Below, one piece after another: positions 26,404 through 38,939 of a stretch of 64,000 nt of DNA (position 1 is its first letter; every line of letters begins with the position of its first letter). The notes under the pieces were generated by a model. The model ran no database searches and was not told the DNA's origin. It saw only the letters and a program-made list of their open reading frames with translations. Both the position numbers and the translations under genes were made by a program. Origin of the DNA: Octopus vulgaris (lineage: Eukaryota); NCBI GenBank assembly GCA_951406725.2, contig OX597826.1:22506001-22570000 (forward strand), read 5' to 3'.

Positions 26404-27820
26404 TCATCATCATCATCATCATCGTTTAACATCCGTTCTCCATGCTAGCATGGGTTGGACGGTTCGACCGGGGATCTGGGAAGCCAGAAGGCTGCACCAG
26501 GCTCCAGTCTTATCTGGCAATGTTTCTACAGCTGGATGCCCTTCCTAATGCCAACCACTCCGTGAGTGTAGTGGGTGCTTTTTACGTGCCACCTGCACAG
26601 GTGTCAGGCGAGGCTGGCAATGGCCACGGTTGGATTGGCGTATTTTACGTGCCACCGGCACGGAAGCCAGTCGAGGCGGCGCTGGCATCGGCCACGAGTC
26701 GGATAGTGCTTTTTACGTACCACCAGACCAGGGATCCTGGCTGGTTCAATTCGATTTCGATTTCGCTTGCCCCAACATGTCTTCGCAAGCAAAGGGTGCC
26801 TGTCATCGGATGAGGTTCTATATCGACTTCGCTTGCCTCAACAGGTCTTTGTGTCCAAGGGAGGAAAGGCATGCATAAGTGGGCTGGGCTCACTTGTCCT
26901 GCCTGGTCTACTCACATACAGCATATTTCCAAAGGTCTCGGTCGCTGGTCATTTCCTCAGTGAGGCCTAAAGTTCGATGGTCGTGCTTCACCACCTCGTC
27001 CGAGGTTTTCCTGGGTCTACCTCTTCCACGGGTTCCCTCAACTGCTAGGGATTGGCACTTTCTCACACACCTATCTTCATCCATTCTCGCCACATGACCA
27101 TACCAGCGCAATTGTCTCTCTTGCACACCACAACTGATGCTTCTTAGGTACAACATTTCTCGCAAGGTACTAACGCTCTGTCGAGTATGTACACTGACAT
27201 TACACATCCATCGGAGCATACTGGATTCATTTCTCATGAGCTTACGCATGTCCTCAGCAGTTACGGACCATGTTTCACTGCCATGTAGCATGGCTGTTCG
27301 TACACATGCATCATACAGTCTGCCTTTTACTCTGAGCGAGAGGCCTTTAGTCACCAGCAGAGGTAAGAGCTCCCTAAACTTTGCCCAGGCTATTCTTATT
27401 CTAGCAGTTACGCTTTCAGCGCACCCACCCCCACTAATGACTTGGTCACCTAGATAACGGAAGCTATCAACTACTTCTAGTTTCTCCCCCTGGAAAGTGA
27501 CGGAAGTTGTTTTCTGCAGATTTTCGGAGGTTAATGCTCCCGAGCATCTGCCACATACAAAAACTATCTTCCCAGTTAGCCTACCTTTGACATTGCTGCA
27601 CCTCTTATGTGTCCATAGCTTACACTGGGTACATCGTATAGAGTTTCTACCTACACCTTTTCTACAGATCGAGCAGGGCCATCTTCCTGAAGACATTTGT
27701 GGATTGTCTACCTTCCTACTTATTAGTACTTTGGTTTTAGCTAGGTTGAATCTAAGGCCCCTCGATTCTAAACCCTCCTTCCACACCTGGAACTTCTCCT
27801 CCAGTTCTGATAGTGACTCA
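26401..27820 (-). mobile_element. 5'-truncated RTE LINE
   Basis: Open C-terminal ~300 aa including intact C4HC3 finger; (GAT)n tail; (TA)n flanks. Confidence 0.92.
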
Positions 27821-27835
27821 GATATATATATACAC

Positions 27836-27889
<54 letters not shown>

Positions 27890-27904
27890 TACATACATAT
27901 ATAT

Positions 27905-27967
<63 letters not shown>

Positions 27968-27989
27968 ATATATATACACACACACACAT

Positions 27990-28218
27990 CATCGCATCAT
28001 TGTTTAACGTCTGTTTTCCATGCTAGCATGGGCTGGATGGTTTAACTGGGGCCTGGGAAGCCAAGAGGCTGCACCAGGCTCCAGTCTGATCTGGCAGTGT
28101 TTCTACAGCTGGATGCCCTTCCTAACGCCAACCACTCCGTGAGTGTAGTGAGTGCTTTTTACGTGCCACCGGCACAGGTGCCAGGGGAGGCTGGCAACAG
28201 CCACGATCGGTTGGTGGT
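27990..28218 (-). mobile_element. RTE 3'-end fragment
   Basis: Shared terminal motif GGCGTTAGGAAGGGCATCCAGCTGTAGAAA and tail. Confidence 0.85.
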
Positions 28219-29103
28219 TCATTATATTAAGTTACAAAATGCCATTAATATTACCATTGCCACTATTGCTACTAATATCATTATTATCACTATTAATAAC
28301 ATTAATACCAGCAAAACAATATATGCACCATGCGGTTAGCAACATAATAGCAAAAACAACAATAATACAGTACCATGCAAAGCATTATAGATCGGCAAAT
28401 ACATATAAAATGAAAAATGAAAAACATTAATTTACATCATAGCAAATTTCACAGGTGCACAAGCGTATACACGGGTGCAAGCCATAATTTTGACTGTGAT
28501 ATGTGTAAAGTATTAAGTTCAGAGATAGTTAAAGATCAAATGCCCAATACGATTGGCTGGCACATTTGAATTTCAATTGTCTTCATTACGGTTGGTTTGT
28601 TAAGAAATACTTACATACGTACACACGTATATGTGCGCTTACACATATTTACATGGATAAATCACAATACAGGAAATACAAGCTTACATACATACATATA
28701 TGTTTACATACATAACTACTCACATATATCCATAAATATATATATATGCATGTAAACAGACACCCATACCCAGTCGAAGTATGTTATTAGCATAAGATAC
28801 ATAATTAAAATTACACTGCATATTTCGTAAACATTTATTGTGCTGTTAAACCTTCCAGATAACCACAATTTCGACTGTGTTCCTACTCAAACCTTCACTA
28901 ATAAACAAGCATAGGCATGGGAAAACTGCACCAACATACATACACACACACACACACACACCCGCACACAGCCATATACATATATACACTCGCATGCACT
29001 GCATCCGCAAACATTTGCATATACATACATACACACGCATATATGTATTCATATATATAAAAAAACGTATATATATATATTCATGGGTGGATATATATGA
29101 CAC

Positions 29104-30445
29104 CCAATATGTTTTCCGACCAGGAAGAAGCTGCCTAACTCAGCTCCTACAACACTATGACTGGATGCTGAAACGACTGCTCAACCACTCAAATGTGGAA
29201 GTCATATATCTCGACTTTGCAAAGGCCTTTGATAAAGTTGATCATAGAATGATATGCCACAAACTGCGTGATATTAGCATAGTTGGAAAATTGGGAGAAT
29301 GGCTTCATGACTTTCTGAAGGATAGAAGTCAGGTAGTAGTAGCCATTGGGGCCACTTCCATTAACACGCAAATAGTGAGCGATGTTCCGCAAGGCACTGT
29401 TTTGGGACCACTACTGTTCATAATGGCCCTCTCAGACATGCCCTCAGCCACGATCACAAGTTATGCAGATTATACAAAAGTTTCACAGGCAATACAGAAA
29501 CCTGAAGACACTATGCACATGCAATGTGAGCTGGACAAAATATACAAGTGGGCTGAAAAGAATAGCATGCAGTTCAATGCTGAAAAGTTTCAAGCTTTAT
29601 GCTATCAGCATGCAAAACTAAATGCAATACCCAATGAATACACTGGACCTGGAGGGATTGCAATCCCAGAGGCACAATCAGTGCGAGACCTGGGTATTTA
29701 CATGAGTAATGATGCAACCTTTCATGTACATGTTGCTAAATTGGCAATGAAATGTAGGCGGCTGACCGGATGGATTCTTAGAACCTTTAGAACAAGAGAC
29801 CAGAAAACCATGATGGTCCTCTGGAGGACACTTGTCCTAAGCCACTTTGACTATTGCTCTCAGCTATGGTCACCATCCAGTGTCAAGTTAATCACAGAAC
29901 TTGAGGCAATCCAACGAAGCTACACGAAGAAGATAGCCTCTGTGCAGCATATAAGCTACTAGGAAAGACTCAAGAGATTAAGATTCTATTCCTTAGAGTG
30001 TAGGCGAGAAAGATATGCCATAATATACATCTGGAAGGTCCTAGAAGGTCTTGTCCCAAACTTTGGCATCGAGAGTTACATAAATACTAGAACTGGGCAC
30101 CACTGAATAGTGCCAAGGACTCCAAATTTGCCATCAAGATGTAGGACAAGATACTGTGATAGCCTGGGCTTCAGAGGTTCACAGCTCTCCAATATCCTCC
30201 CGAAGGACCTGAGAGACCTGCATGAGGTGGATGCAGATGTCTTTAAAATAAAACTGGATCTCTTCCTGTCAGGTGTCCCAGATGAACCAACTTCACGGCA
30301 GGAGTTGCAGATGAGGGCAGCTGCATCGAACTCTCTCATGCACCAAATAGCAATTGCTAAAAAGCATTCGTGAAGTAAAATCATGTAGCAACACCAAATG
30401 GCAGTGCCCCAGCATGGCCACAGCTCGTGAGCTGAAACTATATAA
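29104..30445 (+). mobile_element. 5'-truncated CR1/L2-group LINE
   Basis: FRPGRSCLTQL, YLDFAKAFDKV, PQGTVLGPLLF, YADY (from YADD), DLGI, DYCSQLWSP; stops after 29962. Confidence 0.88.
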
Positions 30446-30477
30446 AATAAAAAGAAAATATATATACATATATACAT

Positions 30478-30897
30478 AGGCGCAGGAGTGGCTGTGTGGT
30501 AAGTAGCTTGCTAACCAACCACAAGGTTCTGGGTTCAGTCCCACTGCGTGGCATCTTGGGCAAGTGTCTTCTGCTATAGCCCCGGGCCGACCAATGCCTT
30601 GTGAGTGGATTTGGTAGATGGAAACTGAAAGAAGCCTGTCGTATATATGTATATATATATATATATATGTGTGTGTGTATGTGTATGTGTTTGTGTGTGT
30701 GTGTTTGTCCCCCTAGCATTGCTTGACAACCGATGCTGGTATGTTTACGTCCCCGTCACTTAGCGGTTCGGCAAAAGAGACCGATAGAATAAGTACTAGG
30801 CTTCCAAAGAATAAGTCCTGGGGTCGATTTGCTCAACTAAAGGCGGTGCTCCAGCATGGCCGCAGTCAGATGACTGAAACAAGTTAAAGAGTAAAGA
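30478..30897 (+). mobile_element. tRNA-derived SINE
   Basis: A/B-box-like head TGGCTGTGTGG...GGTTCAGTCCC, internal microsatellite, LINE-like tail. Confidence 0.85.
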
Positions 30898-30923
30898 GAT
30901 ATATATATGCATGTATATATATA

Positions 30924-32634
30924 TCTCTATATATAAAACTGAAATGCGTTTTTACCGCTTGGTTCGCTTTCAATGCCACTACATCCCGTCCGATTCGCTC
31001 CAAAATTTACAGGGACATGTAGAATGAGGTGACGATGCGCGTGGGCTACCTTACAAATCCCTATCTTAAAAGGTGTGGTTGCTAGGGGCCATCTTCCTAC
31101 CTCACCCTATTTCCTCCAGTACTCTGTCACTCCTCTTCATTTGACAATGCAACTACCGTTATTTAATGTAAAGTCTTCCTCAAATCACTCTGTAGCTATT
31201 TACTCTCTTCCAAGAACATTTTCACTCACTCTATCTCTTACCTTCCTATACATTTTACTCATGTATCTCTCAGCGTTCATGGACAGTAACAAATATTACT
31301 CGCCATCCCCATCGCCATCGCATTCTATTGTCTACCTGTCAACACACACACACACACACACACACACATATTCATATATCTAATATTATATTTTTATTTT
31401 TATGTTTTTGTTTTTGGTTTTTTACTGTTTCATTTCGCTATTAGTGGTTTTATCTCTAATTTAATTTCTACAGCGTGCACACACACACACACACACACAC
31501 CTATATGTAGCCCCAGTACACCCGAATGAAATCGGGTTCTCTTCATCAAAATGTGAAAAGGGGTCTACAATTATCATCGCCACAACTTATGTATGTCTTC
31601 CTCACTCACTCACTCTTTTTCCTAATGATAATTATCATCGCCACCACCAACACCACCAACTCACAATCTGGACAATCTTTCTCTTATAACAAATCATGTT
31701 TACATTGCAACGACGTCTGCCACCTCCGCCGTCTCTATTTATTCTGCAAATGACCAGAACTCGGGAAACTTAGTTTAGTGTTCTATGGTCTATGACCAGA
31801 ACTCGGGAAACTTGGTTGAGTGTTCTATGGTCTATGACCAGAACTCGGGAAACTTGCTTCACTGTTCTATGGTCTATGACCAGAAATCGGGAAACTTGGT
31901 TGAGTGTTCTATGGTCTATGACCAGAACTTGGGAAACTTGGTTGAGTCCTCATCTTATAAAATGTGGCCCCAGTAGACCCAAATTAAATCGGGTTATATT
32001 AACCAAAAGGTGAAAAGGGGTATAAATGGGGCTGGAAGGGGATTAAAATTTAAAGGAGCGGGTGTTTAGCAATTCTCTGTTACATCAAGCTAAAAAATTT
32101 GCTCCAGCCTTTTAATCGTCAATGTGTTGCCGTCCATGATGAAGAAGTTTTGAATGCTTGCCATCGTGAGTCTACTGTCGTGAGAAAGAATCAAGTCAAA
32201 ACTTGGTTTTTAGGGATTTTCTTTTACATCAAGTTCAAACTTTTACGCCAGCCGTTGAACTGTCAATACGTTGCTGTCCGTCGTTAAGAAATGCCAGCCA
32301 TGGTGACTCTACTATCCTCAAATTCTATCCCTTCAAACTTTGGTTTCCAATATTTTATTATTTTTATTCAGCTCGCAAGTTCGTCTGTCCCTTTTAAATG
32401 TTAGTGTTTTGCTGTCTGTCTTCAAGCAGACCTTTCCTTTGTAACTGCCTGATATTTATGATTGATCTTTCTAAATATTTTATTTCTCAACTTACTCAAG
32501 ATCTTTTGTTGTTTATAAATGGGAGAGAGATACATAAAGATAGAGAGTAAGAGAAAGCGAGGGAGAGTCCGAGAGAAAGGAAGAGTAAGAGAGTGGGAAA
32601 GTGAGAGAGAAAGGAGAAAGAAACGAAGAGGGAG

Positions 32635-32665
<31 letters not shown>

Positions 32666-33026
32666 GTTTAACGTCCGTTTTCCGTGCTAGCACGGGTTGG
32701 ACAGTTTGACAGGAGTCTGGGAAGCCAGGAGGCTGCATCAGGCTCCAGTCTGATCTGGCAGTGTTTCGACAGGTGGATGCCCTTACTAACGCCAACCACT
32801 CTGTGAGCGTAGTGGGTGCTTTTTTCGTGCCGCCTGCACAGGTGCCAGGGGGGCTGGCAGCGGCCACGATCGGTTGGTGGTTTTTACGCGCCACCAGCAC
32901 AGAAGCCAGTCAAGGCGGCGCTGCAATCCGCCACGTTCGGATGGTGCTTTTTACGTGCTGAAAGGAAGCAACAGAAAGTAACAACCACACTCTTACCCGC
33001 GCGTAGAGCGGGTCACCTCCAGCTAG
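30924..33026 (+). mobile_element. Non-autonomous Helitron with internal minisatellite and nested RTE 3' end (32636-32958)
   Basis: 5' TCTCTATATATAAAACTG; 3' hairpin ACCCGC-N7-GCGGGT then CTAG|T. Confidence 0.72.
31751..31947. repeat. 42-bp minisatellite, ~4.7 copies
   Basis: Unit TGACCAGAACTCGGGAAACTTGGTTGAGTGTTCTATGGTCTA at 31751, 31793, 31835, 31877, 31919. Confidence 0.95.
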
Positions 33027-33040
33027 TATATATATATATA

Positions 33041-34020
33041 TCTTTATATATATAAAACTGAGAATGTGTGTCTGTCTGTGTGTTTCCCTAAAACCTGAAA
33101 ACTACACAACCAATTTCATTCACATTTTACATATGCCTTACTTAGGGTCCATGTAGTTTCATGGGCAAAAAATATGTTCAACTTCTTGCCTAGAGCGAGC
33201 CCATAGCAATATCATATCTTCTCCACTATTTCAGTATTACGTGTTAAAAGTGAAACAAAAACATTTCTCTATTTTATGTCAGATACTTTCACTTTAACAA
33301 TAAAAATAATAATAACAATTGAATTATATGTAGTAAGTAATAATTAAAATCAAACTAAAGTATAATATAATCGTCACATAAAAAAAAAGTAAAAATAGCA
33401 ATTGGTATAAAATTGCATTAATGACTTGAACTTGAATAAGTGGTTTCACATGAATGGGAATAAATTAAAAATAAAATTAGCGTGCAGAAATGGAATAGTC
33501 CAGATGGATAATAAAAAATTAAATTTAAGAAAAAACTATTGTCTATAAAGTATACAATGTAGAGAAAAAAAAAGATTTGAACACACTTCGAAAAGTGTCT
33601 TGGTGCGACTATGAAAGATATCTCATCAGAGGCGGTAAATTCGCCACAATAGAAGCAATGTTCGAGTCAACGGAGCGTGCAAGGGAGTACTCGACTTGAA
33701 CTTGCAAAGTGGAAATATTTTATTTTAACCTTTATATCTGGGATGTAGGACGTCCTGGAAAAAAATTTTAAATGCCCCTCCACCCCCAGAAGTAGAGGTA
33801 GGCTGGATTGTAGCCGCGCTTCTATACAAGAGGGAGGACAAGATACAATTGATCGAAATTACAAGAGACGGGCTAACAATTCCAGTTTGTTATATATTTT
33901 GAGTATTGTTATCACTAGCGATATCAAGATATAACTTTGTATCTTGTATTTTATGTGTAGATGTATATATATAGATGTACATGTAATATGTACACATATA
34001 TATACACATATATACATGCA
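33041..34020 (+). mobile_element. Helitron 5' portion
   Basis: Same 5' terminus and internal blocks as the Pif1-bearing element 17632-20615; abuts an opposite-strand CTAG end at ~34021-34050. Confidence 0.7.
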
Positions 34021-34329
34021 CTAGCACTATGACACGGCAACGACGGGTCTTTAATGCTATGCTAGCATGGAAAACGGACGCTAAACGATGATTATGATGA
34101 TATATATATATATATATATGTATATATAGGGAGAGTTCACAAAAAAAAACAAAAGACGAAGACAGGTGGTGTACAAAACAAACAGATGTATTAGTATAAT
34201 GTTCAGGAATTGAAAAAATATTATATATATATATCATGAAGTGGATGTAAGAAAGAAAAAATGTTCAGATAAGCAACTCTTGTTTTCCAACCTGGTACAC
34301 ATCTAATCCTCATTTTATAGAGAAAAGGG

Positions 34330-34952
34330 CCTTAAGAAGCATCAGATGTGGTGCGCAAGAGAGACAACTGCACTGGTGTGATCATGTGATGTGTATGAAT
34401 GAGGACAACAGTGTGAAGTAGTGTCAGACCCTAAAAGGGGAGGGAACCTGTGGAAGAGGTAGACCCAGGAGGACATGGGACAAGGTGGTGAAGCATGACC
34501 ATCGAAAATTGGGCCTCACAGAGGCAATGACAAGCGGCCGAGACCTTTGGAGATATGCTGTGCTTGAGAAGACCCGGCAAGCCAAGTGAGATTGTAGAAG
34601 TTGAGACTGTAGCCAAGTGAGATCGTAACTGTTGAGACCTGTTGAGGCAAGTGAAATCATAGTTGTGGTCGATACCAGTGCCGCCTGACTGGCTCCCATG
34701 TTGGTGGCATGTAAAAAGCACTATTCAAGTGTGGTCGATACCAGTTCTGCCTGACCAGCCTCTTTGCCAATGGCACGTAAAAGGCACCGACTACACTCTT
34801 AGAGTGGTTTGCATTAGGAAGGGCATCCAACTGTAGAATCCTTGCCAGATCAGGATGGAGCCTGGTGCAGCCTCCTGGCTTGCCAGCCCTCAGTCAAACT
34901 GTCCAACCCATGCCAGCATGGAAAGCAGACATTAAACAATGATGATGATGAC
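34330..34952 (+). mobile_element. RTE 3' fragment
   Basis: C-terminal GRGRPRRTW coding remnant, UTR, (GAT)n tail; another tail fragment at 35330-35528. Confidence 0.85.
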
Positions 34953-36019
34953 TACATCATTGTAAAGAAGCTGTTTTTGTCAGATGAATTCATGGACTTC
35001 AAAATAAAGGACATTCAAAATGATTTAACATAGTTTAAACTCCACGGAGCAAAGTATTTGCAGTGATTCTGCTACTGTTTCTATTTCTCAGAACGGATTT
35101 ACTAGAATGGTGTATACTTGATCAGAACAGAGAAATTTAGGGTTTTTAGGAGTATTTAGAGTTTTTAGGAGAGGGAAGGAATAATTGAATCCAGTGACCC
35201 AATTATCTCTACTTCTAACAAGAGACGAGGGTGCGGATCCATTAGTCTTGGGTTTATCTTGTTTGTCTACTGGTCAGAGGTAAGAAAATGATCTGTGGTC
35301 AGATCAACATAATTAGCAGATACTGGTGTCACACAAATGGCACTCGTGCTGGTGGTACATAAAAGCACCCACTACACTCTAAGAGTGGTTGATGTTAGGA
35401 AGGGCATCCAGCCATAGAAACCATGCCAAATCAGACTGGAATCTGGTGCAGCCTTCCAGCTTGCCAGCCTTAGTCAAACTGTCCCACCCATGCCAGCATG
35501 GAAAGCGGACATTAAAACAATGATGATGCAATGATACATACACACACACATACATACATGTATATATGTATATATATATATACTTCTCTTTGAGACTGCT
35601 TCCTATAATCACTTTGTTGTTGTTCTTTAGCCCTTGTTCAGTCTGTCTGAACAAATTTTTGATTAAAGGCATCGCAGCTATGATGATCATGTCTTCTCTT
35701 GGGCATTGCATATCTTATCAATATTTTCTTTTGTTTGGAAGGTAATAGAGTGAATGCAATTAGGGAGATGGAAACTGAGTGGAAGTCAATCAGAAGGGCT
35801 ATTCTTGTTCATGAATGACAGTCCTCGATACCTTTAGTGGAATTCACTATGTTGCCTGCATTCAAACCAAAGTCTCTACGCTGAGGATAAGTGCCTCTCT
35901 TTTTTCTCCAAATCTCAGAGGTCTTAAAGACAAAATCATTTGGAAAAAAAAAAAGAAGAAAATAGACTGTGGCAACCACTATGTCCTGAAGGAAATATAA
36001 GAAAAATATGAAAACTCAC

Positions 36020-36156
36020 CTGAAATGAAGTTTCCCCGATAAAAATACTTTATTAAACATCCTTCCTGTCTCAGCACATACACGGACTAGTGTGTTTTTG
36101 TCGGATATTCCAATAATTGAAGGTTTGTAGCACATATTGGTATTAGGGTTGATTTC
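36020..36156 (-). CDS. DCAF17: DCAF17-like coding exon 5 (EINPNTNMCYKPSIIGISDKNTLVRVCAETGRMFNKVFLSGKLHF)
   Basis: ttacttcag| acceptor, AG|gtgagt donor, 137 nt, phase 0 to 2; resembles human DILPNSSDYKSSLIALTAHNWLLRISATTGKILEKIYLAPYCKFR. Confidence 0.88.
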
Positions 36157-37440
36157 CTGAAGTAAAACAACATTGATTATCTAGCAAACATAATCATCAT
36201 TCTATTTCTTATCTTTCTACTGTTTTATTGTTGTGCTACTCTCCACCCTTTCTGAGCCACTCCTATTTCTTCTATTTTCCCCCGACCAAATTGATATCTA
36301 CCATTCACCATACCTCCAACCACATTAACTATTTACATCTATCCCCATTTCTAATTATCTGTCACTCTACTCTTACATTCTTTGCAACCTTACCCAACAG
36401 ACTCTTCTCAATCCTCTCTCCATATTCTTACCTTCTTGTACCTTGAGAGTATACTTTGAAACCTCATCATCACCATCATTATTGCTCTTTCCAGCTACTT
36501 CCAACAACCTTAATGCAATGCCATTCACCTCTGCACGAACAGATCAGTTCCTGTCTCTCTACCATTCTTCAGCCCTCAACACCTTGCTGCTTTTTTAAAT
36601 TAGTGGATTGTCATTTGATGGAGATTTTCTATTTCTAGCAAGTGAACCAAATAAGTAGAGACTTCCTCGTTTGGATAGTATTAAGCTGAATTAACATCAG
36701 CATCATCCACCTCATCAGTCATGGAGGGCCTAGAATAGCTATGAGCAACACTCTCCCCACCTTAGACTCATTAACTAAAAACAAGCAAAAGTACTTCATG
36801 GGCCTAGATAGTAAAATTTAAAAAAATTAGTATTCATGTCACTTTTTGTTAATATATTCCTGTCATTTCATCTATTCACTCTACTGCCTTAATAACACTA
36901 TTATCATTATTATAACTATAATGATTCCTTTGTCTCTAGAGAAAGCCTTCTCATTCTCAGTTCACATACTGTCATTGGTACCTTATAGTAGTTCTTACTT
37001 TTCAACTACTGATCAAGAAGATCAATGAACAAAGGTATTCTGACTGTGAGCTTTAAAGAAGGGTGTAAGACAACATTTCTAATGTGTCTTTGTCTTATTT
37101 TAGAAAGCCATAAGATCTAAAGAAGATTTGACTACAATTTCTAGCAAATAAAGGGACAATATACAAGCTTCTCTTTGATGAACCTGATTATACTGATAGA
37201 GAAAACCATGTGTTGATTAGCACGAAGCCATCTTTGATTACCAGACATATGATGAAAGGCCTTCCAGCTGTAAGTGTCTGACTTTTTTGTATTCAGGCAT
37301 AACATATCTAGGACTACCCTATTCAATGTCTTTCTTTTCAGCTGATAGAGTATGATATGAAGGTAATTTGCTGCTATTTTTATCAGGTCAACTTTGGTTC
37401 AAGGTAACAAAGGAAAACAGATGCATAACAGTAAACTTAC

Positions 37441-37513
37441 CAAGGAACCACAACAATATAATATGTCACTCAATTTGTAATGGTGACAATCCTGCCAAAT
37501 TTTAATACCCCAA
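37441..37513 (-). CDS. DCAF17: DCAF17-like coding exon 4 (WGIKIWQDCHHYKLSDILYCCGSL)
   Basis: poly-T gcag| acceptor, |gtaagt donor, 73 nt, phase 2 to 0; resembles human KIEDALLWECPV. Confidence 0.8.
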
Positions 37514-38939
37514 CTGCAAAAAAAAAAATGATAATAATTGTTTCTTTATTTGCCATAAGTGATGGATGAGGGAACAAAGACAAATTGCAAAAACAGTGGG
37601 AAGTTTTACAGAAATCAAGTATGAGAAGATGGATATTAAAAACAACCATATAAACAAACAAAAAATCACCATAAAACTTTCCAATAGGGTTCAATCAGGT
37701 AATCACATAGATTCCAGATTATCTTTACAACCCAAAATAAGTACCCCACCACCCACTTAGTCGTGTAACTTGGCTTACAAATGCAGGCTGAAAGTGAACC
37801 AATTGCTTTGGGTCATAATTCACTACTCTCACTTAAATTTAAGAAAATTTCTTCGAAGGCAGCAACTCTCTCTTCACTCTCACATTCCTCTCTAAATGAT
37901 TCTCAAAGATTGACTGTTACTTGTCAACTAATCAGCTAGAGTCTCTACTTCATTAACAGTAGTAATAACTTTTACGACCAACAGCAAGAAGCAGCAACAG
38001 CCTGAATCATCACTTTTTGGGGCTAATCAACTGTTGCAGTATTTTGTTAATTTACCCAGACAAACTAGTGTCATCAACCAAGCCTACCTTTTTCTAACAA
38101 TTCAGAGACTTAGATCAATGATATATTAACTAGCATCATTAAATCATTACAGAGAAAATTAACTCGTAGTGTTTTGTTGAGTGGGCAGTAGAATTAATAT
38201 AGTCCAGAGTAGTAGTAGAGTAACTGGCCATTGCAGTCTTACCAGTCACCATCATAGCAGTGGTTACAGGGTGTATAGATTAGTTGAAGGTTGTTAAAGC
38301 CTATGGAAGCAGTGTTCTCAGTCATCACAATTTTACCAGTTGCAATCTCAGCAGACATAGTGGCAACAATTAGTGTGTCACAAAAGCCTCTACAATCTGC
38401 TTAGATAATCTTCATACAGAACAGTTATACTACTCCAGATAAAGGAGGCTATCTAAAGTTCACTCAAAGAAAATGAATGTAAACTACATGACTGAAACTC
38501 AATGCCAGCTGCAACTATAACTATCACAGTGTAGAACTTTAAAAGAAATTATTTCACTTTACTTTCTAGCTCAGTTACTCAGTAAAATATGGAACATAAA
38601 TTACATATGTATTTGTATGTCAGATGCACAGAAATTTATACAGACTTAAAGTATAAAAGCACATACATCCTATAAGATTTACTTCTTTTTTAATTATTAG
38701 CTCGGTCAGGATGAAAAGGCAGCACATTTGGCCCTTGCAGAACCTCTGACACTGATAAAACTGATGCAGTCAACACTCCGCTTCAATCATTGGAAGTTGC
38801 ACATTTGTGAAAAGCTGGAGTGTATCAATAAGTGATTTTATGCTAATGAGTCAAGTGAATTTCCTCAGCATGTAATCTACAATGTTTGCATGTGTAACAG
38901 CAGGACTATTCCAGAAGTGGAACCTGAACATTGTAGAAT

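Noticed and set aside
31751-31947. CRISPR-like appearance of regular repeats (also 16929-17607)
   Set aside because: No unique spacers, no cas genes, eukaryotic context.
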